DNA of 64,000 bases from the human T2T-CHM13v2.0 reference genome, Homo sapiens. The position numbers and the translations under genes were made by a program. The notes under the pieces were generated by a model that ran no database searches, was not told the DNA's origin, and saw nothing but the letters and a program-made list of their open reading frames with translations. The stretch lies in assembly GCF_009914755.1 (NCBI RefSeq), contig NC_060930.1, one strand, 5' to 3'. This document shows positions 31,243 through 44,761 of the stretch, one piece after another (positions within the stretch are counted from its first letter, which is position 1; each line of letters starts with the position of its first letter).

Positions 31243-33568
31243 GTGTGTTCCTTTATTTTGAGCCTATGGTTGTCATTACGAGACCCATTAAGAAATGGGT
31301 CTCTTGAAGACAGCATACCATTGGGTCTTGCTTTTTTATCCAGCTTGCCACCTGTGCCTTTGAAGTGGGACATGTAGTCCATTTACATTAAATATTTGTA
31401 TTGTATGTGTACATTTGATCCTGTCGTTGTATTGTTAGCTGGTTATTCTGCTGGCTTGTTTGTGTGGTTGCTTTATATTGTCACTGATCCGTGTATTTAA
31501 GTGTCTTTTTGTATTAGCTGGTAGCAGTCTTTCCTTTCTATATATAATGCTCCTTTCAAGATCTCTTGTAAGGCAGGTCTGGTGGTAATTAACTTCCTCA
31601 ACATTTTCTTATCTGAAAAGGATCATATTTCTCCTTCCCTTAGGAAGCTTAGTTTGGCTGGATATGAAATTCTTGATTGAAGTTTTCTTTAATGAATATT
31701 GAATATAGGCCCCTAATCTTTTCTGGATTGTAAGGTTTCAGCTGAGTGGTCTGCTGTTAGCCTGATGGGGTTCCCTTTGTAGGTGACATGTCCTTTCTCT
31801 CTAGCTGCCTTTAACATACTTTCTTCCATTTTGACCTTTGAAAATCTGATGAATATGTGTCTTGGGGATGATCTTCTTAGGTAGAATCTTGCGAGAGTTC
31901 TCTGTATTTCCTGAATTTAACTGTTGGCCTCTCTCACAAGATTAGGAAAGTTTTCATGGATGATATTCTGAAATATGTTTTCCAAGTTGTTTGCTTTTTC
32001 CCCTTCGCTTTCAAGGATAAAAGTGAATAATCCCATACTTCTTGGAGGTTTTGTTCATTCCATTTTATTCTTTTTGCTTTATTTTTGTCTGACTGTCTTA
32101 TTTCAGAGAGCCAGTCTTTAAGTTCTGAGATTCTTTCTTCAGATTGGTTTATTCTGCTGTTAATACTTGTGATTGGATTGTGAAATTCTTGTATTGTGTT
32201 ATTCAGCCCTGTCAGATGCGTTACGATCTTTTTTATACTGGTTATTTCCTCCTTCAGCTCCTTTATCATTTTGTTGTGATTCTTAGTTTTCTTGGATTGG
32301 GTTTGAGTCTTGATGATCTTTATTCCTGTCCATATTTTGAACTTTATTTCCATCATTTCAGCCAGCTCAGCCTGGTTAAGAACTCTTGTTGGAGGGCTGG
32401 TGTGGTTTTCTGGAGAACATGCATCACTCTGGTCATTTGAGTTATTGGAGTTCTTGCTTTCTCATCTCTGTATATGGCTGTTACTTTAACCTCAGTGTAG
32501 ATCGAGTAGTCAGTAGTCTATTGAGAAGTCAATAGACTTCTTTTCTTGTGTTTTCACAGGGCCAAGCCCTTGTGCAGGGTCTTGATGTGAAGCTGACTTC
32601 TTGTCTTTAGTTTAAGAGGAGGATATATTAGCAAGCTATTTCTGGTGTTGAAGCTTTGGGGTGTGATGCGGTAGGTGGCATTTAGGCATATTAATCAGCT
32701 GGTAGACTCTTGCTTGGTTTTGTGGTTCCCTTATATTTCCTCACAGTTGGAGCCATGTTCCCTCTGAATGTGTGGGGTCCTCTCCTCTTTGAGTGCTGGC
32801 TGTAGATTGCAGCTTGGCACTCCTGGGCCTGCCCAGTGCAGTTCTGGATGTGCTCAGTGTTTATGTTCCTTCCCCATCTTGGAGACAGCAGAGAAAGGGG
32901 CCTTAGTAGTGTTTGTGCCAAGGGTCTTTTGCTTGTCTCATGGGGGCTCCACTCCAGAGAGGTGCAGGTCTGCAATCACCCAGTGCAATCAGCCCAGGAT
33001 GGAGGGCCTGTGCTGTGGCCCCAGCCAGGGGTTCTCTGTCTGGTGATGAGCACTGGGGGTGGGTAGGTGGAACCCATGGGAGATGGACTGGTCTCCTCCC
33101 CTTGGCTCAACTGCAGCTTGTTGGAGGTATGGATAAGGCATTGAGGGTCTTTGCTCCTTCATTAGTCTGAGGGTAGCAAGGGCAGTTCTGCTGCAGAGGC
33201 AGTGGCAGGGAGGCTTTCAGTTGCCCCTGGTTGCTCAGTCAAGGGAGTTGCAGAGCTTCTACTGGTTTGATATATCTGGCAGTGGGTGGCTGGAGGCCCA
33301 GGCCTGGAGGACCTGCCCAGTGAGGAGATAATATGGGAACGTGCACCTACGTAACAGGCTGGACACTTTTCAATAGGGCTTCTGTGGTATCCTGGGGGCC
33401 CACTCCAGTCCCTAGTCACCTTGGATTTTCCAGTACCTGGAGGTATCAACAGTGAAGACTGTGAAACAGCAAAGATGGTAGTCTGCTCCTTCCTCTGGGA
33501 GCTCTATGCCAGCAAGGTATGGACCTGTTGCTTGCCCAAACGCACCTGTAGTTGGTGGCTGGAGACCC

Positions 33569-33990
33569 CACATTTCTCTAATATATGTCAAGTTTACTGC
33601 ATGGTGCCTAGGTCTGGGAAATGGGAAGTTGATGAGACATAACCCTGGTCCTCAAGAACCCTCTTTGTAGTGGGGGGAGCTAACATGTCCATAAAGGACT
33701 CAATGACAAGGTGAAAGAGAGGAGTAGCCTGAGAGCTGTATTACCTAAGTTCAGAGAAGTTTGAGAAAAGATAGAGTTGATACTGGCTTTAAATGATTTG
33801 GGTAAATGGAGATGTGCAGCTTACAGAGAGTAGTAGATGTAAATGGTTAGGTGCTGGAAAGCATAACTATGTTTGGGGAATGGTGTTAGTGGTATGATTG
33901 GTATGATTTAATGTCTATGAATAAGAATAGCAGAAGATCAAATTGTCAAAGTAAGTATTACCAAGCTTATGACTTTGAATTTTAGTGTGT
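33569..33990 (-). mobile_element. L2 fragment (target of the host L1)
   Basis: Continues the L2-like 3' end attcaacacatattt seen at ~21681 on the other side of the L1. Confidence 0.5.
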
Positions 33991-34437
33991 GTGCTGGTGG
34001 TTTCCAAACTTTTGATTGTGTCCCCTCAGTTAAAATATTACCCCTGCCCACAGATGTAGGCAATATAAAATGGGGGTTTTAAAAGGAGAAAAATAGAAAT
34101 ACATATTAGTAATTTCTTTCCCCACCTCAGTAGTTCCTCTTGCACATATCCAGTTTAGAATCATTGTCAGCTACTGGTGTTATTGTTGGAGATGTGTTTT
34201 AGCAATAGGGATATGAAACATCTTCATGTTTTTCTCCATATGTATATGTATGTACAGAAAAATTACACATTATATATACACACATAATTTTATTTTAGAA
34301 AAACAAAGCTATTGGCAATATTCACGGAATAGTATTGGATAAAAGTTATTTTCTCGTTTTAGTGAAATATTTTAGGTTTTTGATAGAACTGGTTTCATTC
34401 ATTACAGAAGTCAGTATTGTATATGAAAGTTTTTTGA

Positions 34438-34835
<398 letters not shown>

Positions 34836-35116
34836 CATGTGAAGAATATTTTAAGAAGTTTTGGATTTTCCTTTTATTTCTCTCTATAGTGCTTTTCACA
34901 GTTCTGTGTTTCATAATTATGGAAAATATTGGCAAGAATTTTAAGGATTCTCTCATTTCAAGTTTTCTTTGTTTTCTAGTTGCCAGTAAATTTTATCATA
35001 TAGAAATAATTTTTAGAGGAGGAAAGCATTTTAGAGTTTTTGTAGTGATTATTTGTGTGCTATCTTGCCCTCTTCCTTGGCAAGTAGACTATAAAAAACT
35101 GTAGGCTTATAGATAT

Positions 35117-35311
35117 TGTCTTAGTTTGGGCTGCTGTAACAAATTATCATAGACTGGGCAACATCAACAACAGACTTTTGTCATCATTTTGGAGGCTGGT
35201 GGGGGCCTGCTTCCTGGTTTGCAGATGGCTGTCTTCTCATTGTATCTTCAAATGGTTGAGAGCAGAGAAAGAAGCAGCAAACTCTCATGACCTTATTACC
35301 TCCCAAAGGCC
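35117..35311 (-). mobile_element. MLT1A-like LTR, internally deleted
   Basis: tgtcttagtttgggctgctgtaacaaattatcatagactggg...cttcctggtttgcagatggctgtcttctc. Confidence 0.7.
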
Positions 35312-38300
35312 AATGGATATATTTGCTTGTTCTATTATTCATGGTAGTACTTAGCAAAGTGTTTTCTAAGAGGCTGTCTATAAAACTTACCAAGCAGGCC
35401 TCTTCATTTTGCCCATGAACGTCTAGCCTCAGAAAGGTTGAGCGGCCTGCAAGAACTCACGTTGCTCATTAGTGAAAGACCTGGGTCTTTTGCTATATGT
35501 CTCTCGAAACTCAAGTTCATTGCCTGTTCTACTATAGTTTGTTGCCTCTCCTGCTTTCTCTGATTTACCCTCAAGCAGGTGTTTCCATTGCATATTTTAA
35601 ATACTTCAGCAGCTCCAGGGTACAGATTGTGTTATATTCAACTTAGTGATCTCTGATACCCAGCACAATGCCTTATGGAGTAGATGCTCAGGATCTGATG
35701 AATTACCTTGTGAGAGCTGCATGTTTGCATACTCTTGATTTGTTGAGAAAACTAAAGTAACTTGGGGTTGCACCTCAGTGTACTGTTTATAAAAGCAAAG
35801 ATTAAACTGTATACCTGATAATATGTGTGAAGTGCTGTACATGCAGAATATTTCTGAAATCCCAATTGCAAATGTTTATGCACTCAGAAAACTCCTGAAG
35901 AACTGTTGCAGTTGGCTGCAGTAGTTCAAGCTGTTATTCATTGGACAGTTTTTCTCTGCAGTATGTAAGATGTGAATTTTATATTTTGCTTCAAAATTTA
36001 TGATGCAGCATAAACCAGGTTTAAAGTCTAGCTACCTTGCAAGGAGCAGCTTCCTTCTTCATGGTTGAACTCTCCAGAGTAATCCTTGGGTTGCTATTTT
36101 TGTGGTCACCTTTGTGGATTTTTTTCTCTTTCCTCATTCATGGAAAAGATCAGACCCCCTATACTTTTTATAATAAACTCTAATTTTCCAGATCATTTAT
36201 CATACTTAAGAATTATAATTACCCATTTTAAAAGCTTCAGCCTAGATTGGCTAGAAAATACTTAATATTTTTATACATTATTTATCCTTTTTTTTTTCAC
36301 TGAGCTGTGTTGCTTTCATTGACACCTGAATGCACTGAAACACAGATTTTATCCCTATGCCTACTTGTGATGAGAAAGTATCAGCAGATTCAGTTGCTAG
36401 GAAACAGCTGAATACTGAAATAGTTTTTTTTTTTTGGGGGGAGGGGTACTTGTAAATTCAGTTCTTTGACACGTCTACTCTCATACAGCAAAAATTTCTT
36501 TGGTCACTACAAAGAAATATGCATCACCTGTTAGTTTTCCAATTTAGAAATTTTGCACAGGGGAGCTGGGCATATGTAAATGTTACAGGGTTGATAAAGT
36601 GCTGAGAGTGTAATTTTTAACAGTGACTGGACATTGTAAAGTAATGATTATGTATATGCCTTTGAGTTTCAGTTTTCTCAAAATTTTCTGATTCATCATT
36701 AATGAGAGAAAGAGCAAGAACAAGAGAGAAACATATGCAAACACATACACATGACACATAGGAATTTAAACCAAAGTAAAATACTGTATTAATTAAACTA
36801 ACTTTCTCATAGTAATAGGATTGGCCACATCCTATATTAAATTACCCAGCTCTGGATTTTTACCTGTGATGCTTAATAATTATGTGCCAGAGCAAGAATA
36901 AATGTTAAAAAGAAGTGTGTGGTTTAACTTTCTTTTATAACTGATTGCCATTTATTTTTGTCATAGTAGTATAACCTTTAAGTAACTTTTCCTGAGTACC
37001 CACTATGTGCCAGGCAAAAACATGGGAGACATAGGTATGTTTAAGCTTTCAGGGTGCCTAGTATGTGTGAGAGGTGGCAGCCAACAGATTAAATTGAGAA
37101 CATATATGAGAAATTTAATTGTGTCTGGTACACAGTATATGCTTATTAAAAAATTAGAAACCTGCCTTCATCACCAGTACCACCATCATCATCATCACCA
37201 ATTCTTCAACTAAAATCAGTTCAGAGTAAGCAGGGAGACATATAAACAGTCATCATCTGTGTGGTCAATGAAAAGAGAAGTCTGTACCAGGTAAAGAGGC
37301 AGCACAGAAAATAGAGTGATGGACTTGTCTGGGGATTGCAGAGAGAGCTTCAGAGATGTCAGGTCTGAGCTGGATTTTGCAAGGCTCTCTCTTAGATGTA
37401 AGCATTCCCTTGACCTTGTCTTTTTTAGGGAGTAGGGAGTGGGGAGTAAGACCACTGCTTTTTTTTTCCTTGTTAATTTTTTTAAGTTCTCTCATTTCTT
37501 CCTTGTCCATACACTTGCTGATAATGAAGCTTGACATCTATCTTCCTGCCTGCTCCATTCAGACAGATGAGTACCGTCCATGGTTTCTAATTCTGTACCT
37601 TCAATTTTCACTGCTTGTCTGTTTAATTGCACATATACATTTAGGAATTTGTCAAGGAGTACAGAATCCATCTTCTGATTTACATGTATTGAGAGTCTTG
37701 TGTCTCAGAAATGAAAATCTTAATAAGGCTTTTCCATCTTTATCCGAGTGATGGAGAGAACCCTGTGAACTTAAGTAGGCAGTATATATACTAAAATTGG
37801 AGTGGTGCAGAAAATGTTACCCAACAAGTTCTAGGAGAGTAATGTGTAAGTTCAAATAAAAAATAAAAACAAAAAATGAAAATCGTCTGAGACTAGTTGA
37901 TTGGAAATAACCAAGGAATGAGAGAATTGAGAATAACAGGCTTGGTTTCCCTTAAAATTTTAAAGGGGTACTAAGAGTAGAAGGAAATGTTTTATGAGAC
38001 TCTTGCTGTTTTGTATAAAATCTTATTTTTAATAATTTTATATTTTTCATGCCTACATTTTAAAAGAGAAACCTAACATACAGTTAGGAGACTTTAGAAA
38101 TATCATGGAAAGTACTTATGCTCTGGTTGCGGTTGTCCCTTGTGGCACTATGATTTTGTTCATGTATAAGATTATATTTGTTGAGTTGCAAAACAGCCAG
38201 GTGAACAGTGTCATTGAGTTTACTAAATTGAGGTGTGAATAAGGTAATGATCTAGAAAACAGATAACTGAACCTGGAAAAAGATATAGAAGACAGATTAC

Positions 38301-38727
38301 TTGCTTATAAATTTGAAACAAAAGAATGGTAAACAAGATTGGTAACCCGAATGTTATCTTCTTTAACTGTGTCATCAAAAACTCCACAGTTATAACATTG
38401 ACTATTAAAGCCTAAAATAATGGAAAGGAAATGAAATAATGTTCAATCTTTGAGGAAAAATGAATATACCTCTTTGGATTTTGGCGGGGCAACTATAATC
38501 TCAAAGAAAGAGAATAACAATTTGCATTTATAATCTTTTCTTCTAAGTAGCTTAAAGTTTTGTAAGTATATTTTCATTAATCCTTTGGACTATGTTTGAA
38601 TTTTGTTCAAAATATTAAGAAGGAAATAATCTGTACTTCTTGTAGATGGCTGAAAAAATGACATACTGAAAGTCACAGATTTTTTTTTCACTTAAATGGC
38701 TTCATTGTTTTATGTTTCCAGTGTGGG

Positions 38728-38815
38728 TTTTTTTTTTTTTTTTTTTTTTTTGTGAAAGAAAGTTTATTAGGAAAGTAAAGGAATAAAGAATGGCTACTTT
38801 ATAGGCTGAGCAGCC
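38728..38815 (-). mobile_element. Polyadenylated ~64-nt fragment of an ERV1 (MER41-type) LTR R region
   Basis: Minus strand reads ggctgctcagcctataaagtagccattctttattcctttactttcctAATAAActttctttcac + A24, matching the recalled MER41 R segment. Confidence 0.65.
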
Positions 38816-39089
38816 TCCACTGTTATTTTTTAGCACTTTGCCTAAGGAATTTATTTATCCTTCAAATACATATCATTTGCATATTGAGGGTTAGGCCTGA
38901 GGCGGTACACAGTGGCACACCCACATGGGGTGAAGAGCAGGGAGAAAAAGAGAATTTGAAACTGTGTATTTTCTCCTTCAATTTCATGTGGCATTAAATC
39001 GTTCTTTTGAGGTCAAGAGCCTCTGAACTGATTAGTTAAAGAACTGGCTTGCTGGGTGATGATGGTGGTGGTAGTGGTGGTGAAGGCAG

Positions 39090-39310
39090 GTTTCTAATTT
39101 TTTAATAAGCACATACTGTGTACCAGACACAATTAGATGTGTTATATGTGTTCTCAATTTAACCCTGTTGGCAATGTTATGAGATGGTTATTTGCATGAA
39201 TTTTGCAGAGAGGGAAACTTGGGAAGGTTGGGTAACTTATCCAAGGTCACAGAATTCTAAGCCAGTGTACCTGTATCTGTAATTTTTATGCTCGTGATCT
39301 TTAATGATGT
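39090..39310 (-). mobile_element. MIR
   Basis: aagcacatactgtgtaccagacac...attttgcagagagggaaact...gtaacttatccaaggtcacag. Confidence 0.7.
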
Positions 39311-39402
39311 TACTCACCCCCTTTGTGGGAAGCAGGCACAAATATTCCTTTTTTTCCCCCACTTTGGATACGTGTTGGTGAGCATAAATGTGCCAATCAT
39401 TG

Positions 39403-39712
39403 TGATATGGCTTCGATGAGTGGAAGAACACCAGGGCTCTTGTCTCATGCCCAATTAGATAAGATGACATGGGTGCATGTGGAGTGGTTTTAAGGAGCGG
39501 AGAGTTTAATAGGCAAGACAGAAGGGAGAAGAAAGAAGGAAGAAGCGCCCCTTTACAGAGCCAGAGGGAGAGGGGGCTCCAAAGCTGAGAGAAGAGACCC
39601 CCAGTGTGGTGGAAACCTGCCAGGTATATGAAGAGGCTGGAGGAGACAGTGTCTGATTTGCATATGGCTCAGGTGATTGGTTTGACCAGGCATGTCATTC
39701 ACATAGCCACCC
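39403..39712 (-). mobile_element. ERV1 LTR (MER61-like)
   Basis: tgatatggcttcgatgagtggaagaacaccaggg...gtgtctgatttgcatatggctcaggtgattggtttgaccagg. Confidence 0.6.
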
Positions 39713-39977
39713 ACATAATAAATGCTATGAGAAAGTAGATTTGCGGGGGGAGTAAATTGACAAATCAGAAGATTTTATTGTGCTTTTGTACAATAAATAG
39801 CCTTTAGCATTTAATTTCCTCCCTCCACCCCTGGCCCTGGGCAAACACTCATCTGTTTCTGTCATGATAATTTTGTTTGTTTTAGAATTCCGTGTAAATT
39901 GAATCATACACTATGTATTCTTCTGCATTTGGCTTTTGTTGATCTGCATTGTGCTTTCAACATTCATCTATGTTGTT

Positions 39978-40212
39978 GTTGTTTTTAGAGGTAGGGTCTT
40001 ACTCTGTCACCCAAACTGGAATGCTGTGGTGAAATCATAGCTCATTGCAACCTTGATCTCCTGGCTCATGGGACCTTCCTGCCTCAACCTCCCAAGTAGC
40101 TAGGATTATAGGTGCATACCAGTACACCTGGCTAATTTGTAAAATTTTTTGTAGAGACAGGGTCTTGCTGTGTTTCCCAGACTGGTCTCAAACTCCTCCC
40201 ATCTCAGCCTCA
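39978..40212 (-). mobile_element. AluJ, partially deleted
   Basis: Alu arm motifs with a truncated left arm. Confidence 0.8.
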
Positions 40213-40438
40213 TCTATATTGTTTCATGTATTGGTAATTCATTCTTCTATTCTTTTATTTTTTTAATTTAAAACATTTTTTTCCATTCTTTTTAATTGTT
40301 AGGTAGTATTCCATTGTATGAATATACCACAATTTGTTTATCTAGTCCCCAATTCAAATGTCCACTTGATGGACATTTAGATTGTTTCCAGTTCTTGGCT
40401 ATTATGAATAAAACTGCTGTGAATATTTGGATAAATAC

Positions 40439-40734
40439 TTTTTTTTTTTTTTTCGAGACAGAGTCTCGCTCTGTCGCCCAGGCTGGAGTGCACTAGCACG
40501 ATCTTGGCTCACTGCAAGCTCCGCCTCTCGGGTTCACGCCATTCTTCTGCCTCGGCCTCCCAAGTAGCTGGGACTACAGGTGCCCACCACCACACCGGCT
40601 AATTTTTTTGTATTTTTAGTAGAGACAGGGTTTCACCGTGTTAGCCAGGATGGTCTCGATCTCCTGACCTTGTGATCGCCCTCCTTGGCCTCCCAAAGTG
40701 CTGGGATTACAGGTGTGAGCCACTGCTCCTGGCC
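40439..40734 (-). mobile_element. AluY
   Basis: gcaagctccgcc, gttcacgccattc, accgtgttagccaggatgg; TSD tggataaatacttt at 40428 and 40735. Confidence 0.95.
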
Positions 40735-41296
40735 TGGATAAATACTTTTAAGGAGGATTGCTGGGCTGACCAATAAATATGTTTAAAGTATGTTTAACTT
40801 TATGAGAAATTGCCAAACTATTTCCAAAGTGGATAGATATGTTCATCTCCAGTAGTGTATGTGTTCCAGTTATTCTACCACCTTGCCAAAAGTTGATATT
40901 GTCAGTTTTAAATTTTAATCATTCTAGTGGATGTATGATGATATCTCATTGTGCTTTTAATTTCCATATCTTGAATATGTGTGTGTGTTGCAAATATTTT
41001 GTCCTAGTCTGTGGTTTGCCTTTTGTCTTAACAATGTCTTTTGAATAGCAAAAGTTTTACAATTTGATTCAGTCTATTTTATCAGTTTCTTTCTTTTATG
41101 GCTTACTTTTATTAAGAAGTATTCAACTGACCCAAGAGCATGAAGAATTTTTCCTGTATTATCTTTTTGAAATTTTATAGTTTTAGCTCTTGCATTTAAC
41201 TCTATGACCCATGTTTTGGTTAGGTTTTAGACATGTTGATTTTTTTTTCCTTGTTGGTTTCCTTGTTGGTTTTGGCACTATTAGTAGAAAAGACTG

Positions 41297-41621
<325 letters not shown>

Positions 41622-42202
41622 AGAAAAGACTTTTCTTTTTCATTGGATTCCCCATTTTTCACCTTGTAAAGAATAATTTGATCATGGGTATGTTTCTGTA
41701 CTTTTTTCTGTTCCATTGATATAAATGTCTGTCCTTGTAATAGTATCACTCTGTCTTGATTATTGTAGTTTTATAATAAGTTTTGAAATTAGGTAGAGTC
41801 AGTGTTTCAATTTTGATCTTTTTCCAAAAATTGTTTTGGCTCTTCTAGGTCTTGTAACTATGCTAAACTTATTAATTTTAGTAGCCTCTTGGTAGATTAT
41901 TTGGTATATTCTACATAGATGTCTATGTTGTCTGTGAATATAGTTTTATTTTTTTTCTTTCCAACTGTATGCCTTTTATTTATTTTTCTTGCCAATTACC
42001 CTGGCTAGGACCTCTGCTACGGTGTTTAATAGAAGTGATGAGAGTGTGCATTCTTGTCTTGTTCCTGAACTTAAGGATAGATACATTTGGTCTGTCACTA
42101 TTAAGTGTGATATTACCTATTGGTTTTTCATAGATGGCCTTTTATCAGGTTAAGGAAGCTTCTTTCTGTTTCTCGTTTGCTTTTTTTTTTTGGTTATCAA
42201 TG

Positions 42203-42565
42203 TGATATATCTTGGATATTTGTCCCTGTCCAAATCTCATGTTGAAATATAATCCCCAAAGCTGGAGATGGGGTCTGGTGGGAGGTGTTTGGATCATGCG
42301 GGCAGATCTCTCATGGTTGGTGATGTCTTCATGGTAATGAGTTCTCCTGAGATCTGGTCATTTAAAAGTGTGTGGCACCTATCCCCCCAACTCTCTCTCT
42401 CTTGCTCCTGCTCTCACCATGTGAAGTACCTGCTCCTGCTTGACCTTCCTCCATCGGTAAAAGCTCCCTGAGGCCTCCCTAGATGCAGATGTCGCTATGC
42501 TTCTTGTATAGCCTGCAGAACTGTAATCCAATTAAACCTCTTTTCTTATAAATTACCCAGTCTTG
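42203..42565 (+). mobile_element. MST (MaLR) LTR
   Basis: tgatat...caaatctcatgttgaaatataatcccc...caattaaacctcttttcttataaattacccagtc. Confidence 0.85.
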
Positions 42566-42569
42566 CCTA

Positions 42570-42826
42570 GGCCTAGTAGCTTATGCCTATAATCCTTGCA
42601 CTTTGGGAGGCTGAGGTAGGTGGATTGCTTGAGCCCAGGAGTTTGAGACTAGTCTGGGCAACATGGTGAAACCTTGTCTCTATAAAAAGTATGATTAATG
42701 AATGTGGTGGTGCAGGCCAGTAGGCACAGCTACTTGGGAGGATCACCTGAGCCTGGAGACGTCGAGGTTGCAGTGAGCTGTGATTGCACCACTGCACTGC
42801 AGCCTGGGCCACAGAGTGAGGCCTTG
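42570..42826 (+). mobile_element. AluJ, degenerate
   Basis: ggattgcttgagcccaggagtttgagac...gaggttgcagtgagctgtgattgcaccactgcact. Confidence 0.85.
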
Positions 42827-44693
42827 ACCATTTATTCATCTACTGGGTTGACAATATTGTTTAAATTTTTTAAAATCTGTGAATGTGTACTTGATTACAT
42901 TGATTAAAACAATATTAAGTCAATTTTGCATTCCTGGGATAAACCTACTATGTCAAGGTATATTATCTTTTTTTATATATTACTGAATTTTTGCTTTACT
43001 GCCCATGAGGGATGTTGATCTAGACTTTTCCTTTCATGTAAGGGCTATCTGATTTTGGTATCAGGTAATGCTGACCTTGTTAATGAGTTGGAAAGTATAT
43101 TCCTTCTTAAGTATGCAATTTATATAGCAGCATAGTATAAATAATACAATTTAATAATGTAATATATAGAGTTGTATAAATTGCCAACATTTTTCTCTAT
43201 TTTAAAGTTTTGTCTAAAATAGATCTTAACTAGGTTTGTCTTATAAGCTGGTTTAATATTTTATAATTAAAATATTTTTAATATTAAGATTTTTTGAGAA
43301 CATAGGGAAAAAGCTCTGTGGTTTTAACAAATATATAAGTATGCTAATTTTAAAACACTAAGCCTTTTTGTAGAAAATTTGGAGAGTACAAGACTGCATG
43401 AAGACAAAATCATTATGTAGATTTTATTGTTGAGATAATATGGAATTTAACATTTGGAACTCATTTTCTTAACATTCACAAGCATTTTCTCAATATTTTA
43501 ATTTTTATTAACAGCATGCTTACGACTGTGTAATCTATCACATGGATTTAGAATATTTGTCTATAATATAAGTATATTTGTTTTATTTATCTAATTATTG
43601 ATATTAGACTTTTACCCTGTTAGTAATTTTCTACAATCACATATAATGCTGTGATGAGCACTTCCTATGTAAGCCTCTGTTTTTATTTATGATTTGTTTC
43701 TTTAGGTAGATTTATAAATTAAATTATTGGGTCAGAGGGTCTAAATGTCTTGAAGCTCTTGATACATTTATGGAACGGCTTTTATCTATACTACTTCAGT
43801 TTGTACTTCTCCAAATGATATACGAGAAGAGCTGGTTCAACTCTTCAATTATTCAGGATTTTACAGTTAAATATCTTGGCTAACATGATGGGTAAAAGTA
43901 GCAACTTATTGCATTAATTTTCATTTCTTTAGTTACTTGGGAAAGAATTTTTTAATTTTCTTGAAAAGTTTTAGACAAGTCACTCAGAAGAGTTATGCAA
44001 CAGAAATATTAAGAGGAAATAAATATATGGGAAAACAAGTTCCTGTAATAAAAGAAACAGAAATGGAAAAACAAAGGCATAAGGCTATATAAAATCTGTA
44101 TGCCATGAAGAAAGATAAAGTAGTTTTAGTTTGTATTAAATAATTTCATTACCTTACTGGGAAATGGATAGAGTGATATAGAGTATAAGAACCATAGTCT
44201 TATCTTCTCCTTTCTTCGAAATGTACTAACACTTCATAAGCTTAATAAAAGAACCTCAATACTTGTAAGTTAGTTTTTTGTGGCTTCTATCATTGTTGAA
44301 AGTTTCTGGGGAGTAGCTACCTGTTAACTAAAAATAGGTATCTGGAGCATGGCAAAAGAGACCACTTCAGCCTTGCAACTATGATATTGATCCACTCAAA
44401 AGCAGTAATTTGAAAGAAGTGAAAGAAAATAGCGGTGAAGCTCAAACTATGTGAAGGTAGAAAATTTGGTCTTTACAGTAAATTTGATAGTTGTCTAACA
44501 GAAACTTAGGGGAGAAGGAAAAAATGGAGGGGAATAAATTTGAATCGAAGTGTATTTTGATGGATAAAAGAAAATGTGAATTTTTAAATATAAACTTGGT
44601 ATATAACTTTTCCATAGTAGGTAAGTTTATTTATAACCTATTTGTTTCCCTAAAACATCAAGGCAGCTTATAATAAAATCCATTGACCGAAAT

Positions 44694-44761
44694 ATGTATT
44701 CCAATATCAAATGGCAAATTCCAACAATACAAAAACTGCAATTATGTTTGCACCAACCTGA
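44694..44761 (-). mobile_element. Hsmar1 mariner 5' end (TIR plus ~35 bp)
   Basis: Reverse complement ta|tcaggttggtgcaaacataattgcagtttttgtattgttggaatttgccatttgatattggaatacat matches the recalled Hsmar1 5' terminus. Confidence 0.75.
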
